DNA of 64,000 nt, from the NCBI GenBank assembly GCA_020638365.1, contig JACKIQ010000005.1, positions 50,509-114,508 of the forward strand, read 5' to 3'. The translations under genes were made by a program, and so were the position numbers. Every line of letters begins with the position of its first letter. The first letter of the stretch is position 1. The stretch comes from Rhodospirillales bacterium. Lineage in GTDB: Bacteria; Pseudomonadota; Alphaproteobacteria; Micavibrionales; Micavibrionaceae. This document shows positions 10,503 to 19,511 of the stretch, piece after piece. The notes beneath the pieces were generated by a model. It did no database searches and was not told the origin of the DNA. It saw only the letters and a list, made by a program, of their open reading frames with translations.

Positions 10503-10536
10503 AAAACCAAAAAAGAAGGCCGCGCAAAACGCGGCC
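10503..10536 (-). terminator. rho-independent terminator of the 17-kDa antigen-like gene
   Basis: GGCCGCG-CAAAA-CGCGGCC hairpin (10518-10536), followed on the reverse strand by TTCTTTTTTGGTTTTT. Confidence 0.7.
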
Positions 10537-10567
10537 GTTCTAGAAAACTGCTTAAGCCGTAAAGTCG

Positions 10568-11044
10568 TTACTGAACGATCTTCCAGCTTCCGTCAGGCTG
10601 GCGGCAGGCTACGCCATAGGCCGACTCTTCCTTCCCGCCGACATAAATCGTCTGCTGGAACTCGCGGCAATAGTTGCCACTGGAAGTATAGCCATCCTTG
10701 GTCGCAACGACTTGACCGTAATTACCGGTTTCCGGGTTGTTCCATGAAACGGGCTCCCCGATAGGAGCGCTCTGTGCCTGATAATTGGCCTGAGCCGCGT
10801 ACTGCTGGTCGGCCCTGTCAAGCGACTTTCCGATCTCGCTTCCTACAAGCGCACCCAGCAAAGCGCCGGCACCCGTCGCCCAGAGCTGTCCGGACCCTTT
10901 GCCGACTTTTGACCCGAGAATACCGCCGACAATCGCTCCGCCACCGGTTCCGATCAGTTGCTTGTTCCCTGTAGCGTCAATCGTTTCGCACGCTGAAAGT
11001 GATAATGAAGCGAGAACCATGCCCACAAGTGCTATCTTTTTCAT
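10568..11044 (-). CDS. 17-kDa surface antigen-type lipoprotein (glycine-zipper plus C-terminal Cys domain)
   Basis: Start at the internal ATG (MKKIALVGMVLASLSLSAC lipobox). Motifs GGAIVGGILGSKVGKGSGQL and WNNPETGNYG..GNYCREFQQTIYVGGKEESAYGVACRQPDGSWKIV closely parallel the rickettsial 17-kDa antigen. Confidence 0.88.
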   Translation of the reverse strand: MKKIALVGMVLASLSLSACETIDATGNKQLIGTGGGAIVGGILGSKVGKGSGQLWATGAGALLGALVGSEIGKSLDRADQQYAAQANYQAQSAPIGEPVSWNNPETGNYGQVVATKDGYTSSGNYCREFQQTIYVGGKEESAYGVACRQPDGSWKIVQ

Positions 11045-11185
11045 CCAATTATACCTTTGCTTCTGGAATACACACTGAATTGCTGTACTATAGCCGCTTA
11101 AACTGCGACATGACAATGATACGTGTATAAAGCAAAAACCCTCCTCTGGGTAAGATTTTTTCTAAAAAAACATGCGTGATGCAAT

Positions 11186-11788
11186 ATGGAAAAAGATAAA
11201 CTAAATCTGCCACAGGACCCGCTCACCCTCTTCCACCAATGGTTTGAACTGGCCGTATCCGCCGAACCGAACGATCCGGACGCCATGGCGCTGGCGACTT
11301 CTACTCCGGACGGTCACCCTGTAGTGCGGATGATCCTGCTTAAACAGGCAGATCAGCGCGGCTTTAAGTTCCACAGCAACGAACAAAGCCTCAAGGGACG
11401 CCATCTTGCCATGAACCCGAACGCCGCCCTGTGCTTTCACTGGAAATCCCTTCACATGCAAGTCTGCGTTCAGGGTACCGTCGAAATTGCGCCTGATTCG
11501 GAAACTGATGAATATTTTGCAACCCGGCCCTACGAGCGTCAGATCGGCGCATGGGCCTCCGATCAGACGCGCCCTCTTGAAAACCGGGAAATTCTTGAAA
11601 AAAAAATCAAAGAGTTTCAAAAAAAATATCCACCGGGGACCGTTCCACGCCCGCCCCGTTGGGTCGGCTATATTTTAAATCCGCGCCGAATCGAATTCTG
11701 GTGGAGCCACCCCCACCGCCTTCACGATCGTTTCGAGTATACGCGCGAGGAAAACGGCATCTGGAACCTGCAACGCCTTTACCCTTGA
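11186..11788 (+). CDS. pdxH: pyridoxamine 5'-phosphate oxidase
   Basis: 200 aa. Motifs MALATSTPDGHPVVRMILLK, IEFWWSHPHRLHDRFEY and a C-terminal RLYP. Confidence 0.92.
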   Translation: MEKDKLNLPQDPLTLFHQWFELAVSAEPNDPDAMALATSTPDGHPVVRMILLKQADQRGFKFHSNEQSLKGRHLAMNPNAALCFHWKSLHMQVCVQGTVEIAPDSETDEYFATRPYERQIGAWASDQTRPLENREILEKKIKEFQKKYPPGTVPRPPRWVGYILNPRRIEFWWSHPHRLHDRFEYTREENGIWNLQRLYP

Positions 11789-11815
11789 TTCCTGCGGAAA
11801 ACCGCGCCATATAAT
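11784..11815 (+). promoter_or_regulatory. putative htpG promoter (sigma32-like CTTGATT-N14-CGCCATAT, overlapping a perfect TATAAT)
   Basis: CTTGATT at 11784-90, CGCCATAT at 11805-12, TATAAT at 11810-15. The htpG ATG at 11822 lies about 7 nt after the -10 element and has no SD, which suggests a leaderless mRNA. Confidence 0.4.
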
Positions 11816-11821
11816 GGCGTC

Positions 11822-13804
11822 ATGAATAAAAGTTCAAACACCGCAAAGCAAAACGAATCGCAACCGCAAACCGGGCAGCAAGCTTTCGGCGCGGACGTTG
11901 CGCGCCTGCTTGATATCGTGGCCAACGCCCTCTATACGCACCACGAGGTCTTTCTGCGCGAACTGATCTCCAATTCCGCCGACGCCTGCGACCGCCTCCG
12001 CTACGATTCGATCCAGAACCCCGAAATGATCAAGGATAATCCCGACTTCCGTATCCACGTCTTCAAGAATACGGACGACCGGACCCTGAGTGTCATAGAC
12101 AACGGCATAGGGATGGATGCGCAGGAACTCGCCGAGAATCTCGGGACCATCGCAAAGTCCGGCACGACCGCCCTCATGGAGCGGATGAAAGAACAGGGTT
12201 CGAAGGACAACCTCAAGCTCATAGGTCAGTTCGGTGTAGGGTTTTATGCGGGCTTCATGGTCGCCCACAAAATCCGGGTTGTAAGCAAGAAAGCCGGTGA
12301 TAAACAGGCTTCGACGTGGGAATCCGATGGCCGCACGGGTTACAGCGTGCGCGAAGCGACAAAAGAGGAAACCGCAACGCTGGATGGAAAGCGCGGAACG
12401 GCCATACGGCTGGAACTCAAGGACGAAGCCTGCGATTTCCTTCTGGACGAAAAGATCAAGATGACGGTTCAGATGTATTCCGACCACATCAGCGTCCCCA
12501 TTTATCTTGGAACGCCCCACGATACAAAGCACGATCAGTCAGAAAAACTGAATACGGCGTCCGCCCTTTGGATGCGGCCAAAAAACGAGATCACGGAAGA
12601 ACAGTATAAAGAATTTTACCGCCATCTCTCGGGGGGGTTCGACGAGCCGCTGATGATTTCGCACTGGCGCGCGGAAGGAAAGATCGAGTTTTCCGGCCTG
12701 CTCTTCGTCCCGACCCTGCGCCCGTGGGATCTGTTCGACCCGTCCCGCCGCCACTTCGTAAAGCTCTATGTGCGCCGCGTCTTTATTTCGGACGATGTAA
12801 GCACCCTCATGTATCCATGGCTGCGCTTTGCCCGCGGAATTATCGACAGCGAAGATCTGCCCCTGAACATCAGCCGCGAAAGCCTTCAGTTCAACGCGGT
12901 TATAAGCAAGATCAAAAGCGCGGTGGCAAAAAAGATTCTTGCAGACCTCGACAAGCTCTCTCGCAGCGATCCGCCATCCTTCCTCAGCTTCTGGGGACAG
13001 TTCGGTTCGGTTCTCAAAGAAGGGCTTTACGATGCGCCTGAACACCGGGTCGATATCATGAAAGTCTGCCGGTTCTTCAGCACGCACGATAACGGAGAAA
13101 CACTGACCAGCCTTGAAGACTATGTTTCCCGCATGAAGGAAGGCCAGGAACAGATATTCTACATCAGCGGCGAATCTCTCAACTCCTTGCGTAACAGCCC
13201 CCAGCTTGAAGGGTTCAAGGAGCGCGGTCTGGAGGTCCTCTTCCTGACGGATACCATTGACGATTTCTGGCTGCAGCAGGTAATGGATTACAACGGGAAG
13301 CCCTTTAAATCCGTTACCAAGGGCACGATTGACCTGGACGTTTTCGATTTCAAAACGCAACGTGATGATGAAAAAAACAAAACGCAGGAAATAACGGGGC
13401 AGGAAGAAAAGGACGCCGCCAATATCGGCGCATTGATCGTCCGTCTGGCCAACCTGCTCAAGGACCGTGTTCAGAACGTCCGCAGATCCCAGCGTCTCTC
13501 GGGTTCGCCCGTCTGTCTTGTCGCAGCGGACAACAGCGTGGACATGCATATGGAGCGTGTTCTGAAAATTCACCAGAAATATGAGAACAACATAAAGCCC
13601 GTTCTTGAGATAAACCCTCAACATCCGCTTATTAAACTATTGGCAAAAAATGCGGAAAACGGATCAGACATCTCCGAGGCGGCCGAACTATTGCTCGATC
13701 AGGCAACCATAATTCAGGGTGAGCCGCTTGATGACCCGTCCGCCTTCGCCAGACGCATGTCCGAAATCATGCTGCGCGCACTAGAGGACAACGGCAGCGA
13801 TTGA
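11822..13804 (+). CDS. htpG: molecular chaperone HtpG (Hsp90)
   Basis: 660 aa. Motifs FLRELISNSADACDRLRY and IGQFGVGFYAGFMVA. Confidence 0.95.
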   Translation: MNKSSNTAKQNESQPQTGQQAFGADVARLLDIVANALYTHHEVFLRELISNSADACDRLRYDSIQNPEMIKDNPDFRIHVFKNTDDRTLSVIDNGIGMDAQELAENLGTIAKSGTTALMERMKEQGSKDNLKLIGQFGVGFYAGFMVAHKIRVVSKKAGDKQASTWESDGRTGYSVREATKEETATLDGKRGTAIRLELKDEACDFLLDEKIKMTVQMYSDHISVPIYLGTPHDTKHDQSEKLNTASALWMRPKNEITEEQYKEFYRHLSGGFDEPLMISHWRAEGKIEFSGLLFVPTLRPWDLFDPSRRHFVKLYVRRVFISDDVSTLMYPWLRFARGIIDSEDLPLNISRESLQFNAVISKIKSAVAKKILADLDKLSRSDPPSFLSFWGQFGSVLKEGLYDAPEHRVDIMKVCRFFSTHDNGETLTSLEDYVSRMKEGQEQIFYISGESLNSLRNSPQLEGFKERGLEVLFLTDTIDDFWLQQVMDYNGKPFKSVTKGTIDLDVFDFKTQRDDEKNKTQEITGQEEKDAANIGALIVRLANLLKDRVQNVRRSQRLSGSPVCLVAADNSVDMHMERVLKIHQKYENNIKPVLEINPQHPLIKLLAKNAENGSDISEAAELLLDQATIIQGEPLDDPSAFARRMSEIMLRALEDNGSD

Positions 13805-13864
13805 TAACCGCTAACAGCTAGAGCCAGAGGCTTTATCCGGTTCCGTCAGAAAGCATGGAAAATA

Positions 13865-14944
13865 TCAGGGGTTGCAGGTTCCCGCCGCGGCGATACTGCC
13901 CCCCGGCTGGTACCAGCATCCCGGAGCGGGACAAACCGCATCCGTATATTGGCTGGCAACCCCCGGACGGGTAACGATCAAGCCTGTCTTGACCGGCGTT
14001 ATGCCTCCGCACGCCGTGGGATCAAGAAGGTTGAAAAAGGACAGTGCGCTGTCCGAACCTCCGGCAGCGCCGGGAAGAGGATTGGCCGCCGGAAATGCTG
14101 TAGTCCAGACCGTGGGCGCACCCCCGCCCCATGGCCATCCGGGAGGCAGGGGAATGGACGGCGTTCCGTGGTTGACAAAATTACAGATCAGATCGGCAAA
14201 ATTGGTATCCAGATCGGCACAGTTGTCAGGCGGAGAATTCTCCAGAAGGCGGTAATCGTCACCCGCTGCCTCAGTAGCCTCGTAGTTTTGGAAAATAAAG
14301 AAAGCGTCATTCGCGGCAGTCTGGAAGTTATAACATTTCGCCGCATCCCAGACTTGCCTCATCCGGTTGCAGTTATAATTGGAATCGCTCACATTGCTGG
14401 GAAAAGCGCCGCTGATCGTCGAACGCCCGCCCAGCATGGTATGACCGAAATTCTCGTCAATGTAGAAACCGCGTCCGCAAGCCGCAGCCTGGGCGCCGCC
14501 CGGATCGGCAATGGACAGCAACGACACGCCGTCCGTCAGAGAATCAAGAATAAGGATTTCAAGGACGCTGTTCATGTCCAGACCTTCGGTCAGGTCGGGA
14601 TCGACGATACCGGCAATCTGCCGCAGCAGAACGTAAAGGTCGTAAGGAATATCGGTAAAGGTGTTCCCTCTGTTGTCCGGATCCTCCGGCCCGCCATTTT
14701 CGGCATACCGGGCAAGGTGGTTCATGTAGCGATCAAAGCAGATATACTGAAGGACACTGTCCGGCTTGGCGATCAGGTTCTGATTCTGGGTGATTTCCCG
14801 GTTCGCCTCCTCCCACGCGCGGGCGCGCAGGACATCCCAGAAATCTTCATCACAGGTGTCCGGAACGGCCGCAGCCAGCACAGACCCGGCCGATAAAACC
14901 AGAAACAGGCAGGCAAACGCCAAAGACTTGAACGATGATAACAA
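13865..14944 (-). CDS. hypothetical secreted cysteine-rich protein
   Basis: The maximal ORF runs to 15070. The likely start is TTG at 14944 after AAGGA, giving the signal peptide MLSSFKSLAFACLFLVLSAGSVLAAA. The mature part has many Cys and a Pro/Gly/Trp-rich C-terminus. Confidence 0.5.
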   Translation of the reverse strand: MLSSFKSLAFACLFLVLSAGSVLAAAVPDTCDEDFWDVLRARAWEEANREITQNQNLIAKPDSVLQYICFDRYMNHLARYAENGGPEDPDNRGNTFTDIPYDLYVLLRQIAGIVDPDLTEGLDMNSVLEILILDSLTDGVSLLSIADPGGAQAAACGRGFYIDENFGHTMLGGRSTISGAFPSNVSDSNYNCNRMRQVWDAAKCYNFQTAANDAFFIFQNYEATEAAGDDYRLLENSPPDNCADLDTNFADLICNFVNHGTPSIPLPPGWPWGGGAPTVWTTAFPAANPLPGAAGGSDSALSFFNLLDPTACGGITPVKTGLIVTRPGVASQYTDAVCPAPGCWYQPGGSIAAAGTCNP

Positions 14945-15069
14945 AATCCTTAGCCCCGATAGAATTACACGTGCACAGGTTACTTTAGCATATAGAAAAA
15001 GCCTCTGCCTAGTTTCCTGTAAACTTTTATTGCTTTTGACCCGGACCGGACGAAAAATGGCCGGCCCCA

Positions 15070-15501
15070 CTATAATAACCCTTGGTAATGGCGGTTTGTC
15101 ATGTCCTTGATCTCCTGTTCGGAAAACCCGAACTGGCGCCCGATCTCCTCAATCATGACCTGACGCATTAATTTGGTCAGATCGTCCCCCGTCCCGCACC
15201 ACATATCAAGCATGGATCGCCGGTAAAGAATAAGAATATCCTCAGTTTCCGCGCTTTTTCTCTCAACGCCCGGTGAAATCTCTTTACCGTTCCTATAGAG
15301 CACCGGCAGATCGTACGGATCGTCGAGTTCAAGCTCTATCTCCGTAGCCTCGTCGACAAACTCCTCGACAAGAACCTGCAAATCCTCGCAAAACTCCAGC
15401 AATTCCTCTGGCATATCCTCAAAAATCGAATCCGCCAGTACCCGAAGATCTTCGAGGCTGGGGGAAACCGTAAAATTCATGATAATCTGCCGCGTATCCA
15501 T
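15070..15501 (-). CDS. zincin-like metallopeptidase family (DUF1025) homolog lacking the HExxH histidines
   Basis: 143 aa. DPYDLPVLY..ILILYRRSMLDMW..VMIEEIGRQFGFSEQEI aligns with the family pattern ..LVHEIGHHFGLSDDDM. Confidence 0.6.
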   Translation of the reverse strand: MDTRQIIMNFTVSPSLEDLRVLADSIFEDMPEELLEFCEDLQVLVEEFVDEATEIELELDDPYDLPVLYRNGKEISPGVERKSAETEDILILYRRSMLDMWCGTGDDLTKLMRQVMIEEIGRQFGFSEQEIKDMTNRHYQGLL

Positions 15502-15722
15502 GATGCGGTGCTACCCTTGCTTCCGGCCCGATAGGTCCGACCCTGACACTGAAAATCGCTGAAATTTTACGATATTTTTGCCTTCCTGAACAACGGCGTA
15601 TGGAAAATAATACCCAACTTTTAACGAAAACCCGTTGAAAACATGAAAACTTTTTGTTTTTTCATCGAAATTTAACAAAAAGTCGGATATAATAGAAAAA
15701 GCATGTTGAAAGGAGTTCGACA

Positions 15723-15896
15723 GTGGACATTCCCGCCGCAATAGCAGCCGAAACAGCGTTAGCCAGACAAAATGTTGCCCTTTCGGTGATAAAGTCGAAT
15801 GCGCAGCAGGCTGAGCAGGTTGCCAAAATTCTTGAGGAATCCATCACGGTCTCCCCCTCCTCCAATCGCGGTTCGCATCTCGACGTAAGAGCCTGA
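15723..15896 (+). CDS. YjfB-family putative motility protein (57 aa, GTG start)
   Basis: Below the ORF-track size cut-off. AAAGGAG lies 5 nt upstream of the GTG. VDIPAAIAAETALARQNVALSVIKSNAQQAEQVAKILEES..GSHLDVRA fits the YjfB pattern. Confidence 0.6.
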   Translation: MDIPAAIAAETALARQNVALSVIKSNAQQAEQVAKILEESITVSPSSNRGSHLDVRA

Positions 15897-15990
15897 TCCC
15901 TGACCTCTTCAAAAAATCTTAATTGACGTAAAAATCGCGCGGGTGATACCGTAGCTGATTATGAACGGCTAACAAAAAACAGGGGTTTAT

Positions 15991-16461
15991 ATGGCAGATG
16001 GTAGCATTGGAACGACAGAAGCAGACGCGCTGGATATAGAATCGCCTGAGCGTTATTACACGATCGTCCAGTTTGAAACGCATGACGAGAGACTGGCAGC
16101 GATGTTTCAGGACAGATCAAGTCCTGTTCCGGAATTCGGCAAACATGACGTTACACCGACAAGAGAGTTTAACTTTCTTAATAGCCTTAGAGGAGGCGCT
16201 GAAAAAATCCTGACGGAACCGACGGAAGACGGTTCGGGCATCAAGGTGACCCTCGCCGTTAACGAATTTGGCGCCGATGACGCGGGCAGCATGTCAGCCA
16301 TGACCCACGGCAGCAGCGACCCGAAACGCCCGCTTCTGGATTCGTTCCGTTACCGCGGCAGCGGACACGATTTCCAGCGCGTGTCAATCCACGGCGGTCA
16401 GAGAAGCAGCGTAGAACGTCTCGGCCAGGACGTGGAAGAGCTTATCGCGCTCGACCTGTAA
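15991..16461 (+). CDS. hypothetical protein
   Basis: 156-aa ORF followed by an intrinsic terminator. No motif recognised. Confidence 0.5.
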   Translation: MADGSIGTTEADALDIESPERYYTIVQFETHDERLAAMFQDRSSPVPEFGKHDVTPTREFNFLNSLRGGAEKILTEPTEDGSGIKVTLAVNEFGADDAGSMSAMTHGSSDPKRPLLDSFRYRGSGHDFQRVSIHGGQRSSVERLGQDVEELIALDL

Positions 16462-16486
16462 AAATAGCGTTGAGCAATACGGAAAG

Positions 16487-16509
16487 AGGCGTAGCAATAC
16501 GCCTTTTTT
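16487..16509 (+). terminator. rho-independent terminator
   Basis: AGGCGTA-GCAA-TACGCCT followed by TTTTTT, sited between convergent genes. Confidence 0.75.
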
Positions 16510-16525
16510 ATTGTGTTTTTTAAAA

Positions 16526-17749
16526 TCAGGCTACCGCCCGCAGCGCGTGGTGGGTATCCCACATATGCTCAAGCGTCCCGGCCATATGCTGCACGTCCTC
16601 AATCGAGTGCGCCGCCGTCGCGGTCAGGCGCAAGCGTTCTGTTCCCTTGGGAACGGTCGGGTAATTGATCGGCTGAACATAAATATCGTAATCCACCATC
16701 AGCATCTCGCTGACCTCCCGGCAACAATTCGGCTCCCCGACAATCAGGGGAACGATATGGCTCTCCCCGCGCAAAAACGGAAGATCGGCCTTCGTGAGAA
16801 GATCCTTGAACAACTCCACGTTCCGGCGCATACGCGTTCTCTCAACGTCCGAAACCTTCAGATGTTCGACCGCCGCCAACGCAGCCGCCAGAACGGACGG
16901 AGGCAGGCTCGTGGTGAAAATAAAGCTGGACGCATAACACCGCACCGCATCCACGACCGGGGCGCTTCCGGTAATAAACCCACCCATGGCGCCGTAAGCT
17001 TTGCCGAACGTCCCCTCGATCACGTCAATCCTGTCCATCAGCCCATGCGCCTCGGCCACTCCGCCGCCGCGCGGCCCGTAAAGCCCGACCCCGTGAACTT
17101 CGTCCAGATAGGTCATGGCGTTATATTTGTCCGCCAGATCGCAGATGTCCTTGATAGGGGCAATATCCCCTTCCATCGAATAGACCGACTCGAAGGCAAT
17201 CAACTTGGGCCGATTCGGATCGACAGACTTCAGAAGCTCCTCCAGATGCGCAACGTCGTTATGACGGAAAATCTTCTTCTCGGCCTTGCTCTCCTTCATC
17301 CCGTGAATCATGGAGGCGTGGTTTAGTTCGTCAGAAAAAATCACGCATTCCGGCAGCAGGCGCGCAAGGGTTCCCAAAGCACCCTGATTCGCGACATACC
17401 CGGAGGACAGAACAAGCCCGGCCTCTTTTTGATGCAGATCGGCCAGAGAAGCCTCAAGCTCGACATGATAACGGGTGGTCCCGGAAATATTGCGCGTTCC
17501 CCCGGCACCGGCGCCGCAGGACTCAAGGGCCTCCTGCGCAGCCTTCAAGACAACCGGGTGCTGCCCCATGCCCAGATAATCGTTACTGCACCAGATCGTA
17601 ATCTCGCGCACGCTGCCGTCCGGCGCATGGTACTTGGCCCTTGGAAACCGCCCTGCGATGCGCTCCATCGTCGCAAACGTCCGGTAGCGCCCCTCCTTTT
17701 TGACCGAATCAACGCAATTCTGAAATTCCCGGTCATAATCAATGGCCAT
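16526..17749 (-). CDS. hemA: 5-aminolevulinate synthase
   Basis: 407 aa. Motifs [30 protein letters not shown] and the PLP-lysine region TFGKAYG. Confidence 0.95.
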   Translation of the reverse strand: MAIDYDREFQNCVDSVKKEGRYRTFATMERIAGRFPRAKYHAPDGSVREITIWCSNDYLGMGQHPVVLKAAQEALESCGAGAGGTRNISGTTRYHVELEASLADLHQKEAGLVLSSGYVANQGALGTLARLLPECVIFSDELNHASMIHGMKESKAEKKIFRHNDVAHLEELLKSVDPNRPKLIAFESVYSMEGDIAPIKDICDLADKYNAMTYLDEVHGVGLYGPRGGGVAEAHGLMDRIDVIEGTFGKAYGAMGGFITGSAPVVDAVRCYASSFIFTTSLPPSVLAAALAAVEHLKVSDVERTRMRRNVELFKDLLTKADLPFLRGESHIVPLIVGEPNCCREVSEMLMVDYDIYVQPINYPTVPKGTERLRLTATAAHSIEDVQHMAGTLEHMWDTHHALRAVA

Positions 17750-17980
17750 AGCCTGACTTCCCTATATTTGTATTTGAATATCTGTCTTAACCAGAACACG
17801 CAGGAGTATCAAGAACTTATTCCTACTCCTCTATTAAGCATACCACCTACCTATTATATCCATACACGGTGAATAAAACTTTATCACCAGCTAATCCTTG
17901 ATTTTGGTCATACAATTGAAAACCCTTACAATTCTAACCACAAGCAAAAGCGCTTTGATTCCAAAAGAATACCCTCATAT

Positions 17981-18014
17981 GCAAAAAGAAAAAAGGGCCG
18001 GTTTGGGCCGACCC
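17981..18014 (-). terminator. rho-independent terminator downstream of the DUF2330 gene
   Basis: Reverse strand reads GGGTCGG-CCCAAA-CCGGCCC followed by TTTTTTCTTTTT. Confidence 0.7.
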
Positions 18015-18071
18015 TTTCGTTGGAGTAAGGCCGACAGGATGTGGGGACCCCGTCGGCCTGATGAGTAATCT

Positions 18072-19511
18072 TTACTTGTTACCCCACATATCGTCCCACC
18101 AGGGTTTAGGTCCGGGTCCGGGCAAGGGAACGGGTTCCGGACCGGGCCCCGGTCCGGGATTTTGGCCGTAGTCCTTCATCTTCCGCCGGATTGAATTGAC
18201 ATCCCAGCCCGTCAGCATGGCCAGCGTCTTTGCTTCCTGCTCGTAGCGGGCAGGAAGGCTGCGCAGATACTCCTGACCGGCCTGACAGTTCACCGGCCCC
18301 GAAAAGGGATGCTGGAGAACATAGCGACCCTGAAAATTCTCGCGGTCCCCGGTCTCCTTGAGAACCAGATCCTCCGGAAAATGCTCCGCATCATAACGGA
18401 CATGGATCCTCGTGACATAGACGTTCGGCGCCTGTTGCGGCATGACGATCCCCTTGTTCTGCCAGTTGGAGGTCACAGGCTGGTTGATCCACCACGCCCC
18501 CAGAGTCAGGAGATCAGCATTGGGAATCGGATCCGCCGCGCACGGGTCGCACCAGCCCATATCCCACGCATACTCAAGAAACACAGCCTTCATGTTCTCC
18601 TTCTTCACGGCCGTCTCGAACATCGCCTTGTAAAATTCCCCGAATTCCGAGCCATTCTTGATATAGGTCGGGATATTCATACCCGTGGGAATTTTGACGG
18701 TCCGGTAATTCGCAGTTTCCACCCGCCCGTCACGCGACAAGGTGAAAAGCAGAAGATCCTGGGGCCCGTCCGCGTTCAGGGTACCCAGGCGGATCGGAAG
18801 CATGAACTTGGGCGATTCAAACGCGATCTGCAACGGACGCAGATACGTATAGCCCGTACCCTTCTGCTGCTCCAGATTCACCTTGGCAAGGAAGAATTTC
18901 ATATCCTGCTTGATATAGCTTCCCAGAATTCTCTCCGCTCCGCCGGGAAGCTTGTAGCCTTCCTGATTGAGATAGGTCAGCAACCCGCCGCTTTCCTTGG
19001 CCGAAAGCAAAACGATGTCATATTCGCCGACCGTATACTGGGCCTCGATCGTAACGCCCAGCGATCCGGCCGATTTCTTCATATTGGCCCCGACCTGTGC
19101 TGCCTTATCCTCCATCGCGCTCATCGCCATCATTTCCCGCATGACCGGCGCACACGGATCAGAATCGAAATACTCCACCAGCCGCGGCGCGGTATAAGCG
19201 TCCACATGATCCACGATCCGGGATTCCGCAACATGAATCTGGTTCTCGCGAAGAACCTCGGGAACCGGAACGACGATAGCGAACTCTCTCAGGTCGCCCT
19301 GATAGTCATTGGCCATGGTGATAACCGTCCGGTTCTGCGCCCGCGCCAGAATGACCTTGGACGCCTTGTTAAACAGGCTGGAATCGGCCTTAGATACGTA
19401 AAAGCCGCAAAAAGCCTGCGCCGGCGTTGCCGCCAGCACCAGCCCGGCACCTAAAACGGACAGGCATCCCGCCGCCTTTCCGAGTTTTTTCAAGATGTTG
19501 GATGGATACAT
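18072..19511 (-). CDS. DUF2330 domain-containing secreted protein
   Basis: 479 aa with a signal peptide ending AQAFCGFYV. KVILARAQNRTVITMANDYQGD..FAIVVPVP is typical of DUF2330. Pro/Gly-rich C-terminal tail. Confidence 0.7.
   Translation of the reverse strand: MYPSNILKKLGKAAGCLSVLGAGLVLAATPAQAFCGFYVSKADSSLFNKASKVILARAQNRTVITMANDYQGDLREFAIVVPVPEVLRENQIHVAESRIVDHVDAYTAPRLVEYFDSDPCAPVMREMMAMSAMEDKAAQVGANMKKSAGSLGVTIEAQYTVGEYDIVLLSAKESGGLLTYLNQEGYKLPGGAERILGSYIKQDMKFFLAKVNLEQQKGTGYTYLRPLQIAFESPKFMLPIRLGTLNADGPQDLLLFTLSRDGRVETANYRTVKIPTGMNIPTYIKNGSEFGEFYKAMFETAVKKENMKAVFLEYAWDMGWCDPCAADPIPNADLLTLGAWWINQPVTSNWQNKGIVMPQQAPNVYVTRIHVRYDAEHFPEDLVLKETGDRENFQGRYVLQHPFSGPVNCQAGQEYLRSLPARYEQEAKTLAMLTGWDVNSIRRKMKDYGQNPGPGPGPEPVPLPGPGPKPWWDDMWGNK

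Noticed and set aside
12539-13624. 361-aa reverse ORF inside htpG, and similar long antisense ORFs (1065-1868 +, 16511-17326 +, 18309-19454 +, 45196-46185 -, 57049-58122 +, 21368-22273 -)
   Set aside because: Each lies opposite a gene with clear family motifs. Their translations are Arg/Gly/Pro/His-rich with no motifs. These are stop-poor shadow frames, as expected in GC-rich DNA.
17750-17990. Iron-control (Irr/ICE) or FNR-type operator upstream of hemA
   Set aside because: Only a single TTCTAA half-site-like string is present (around 17930). No palindromic partner was seen at the right spacing.
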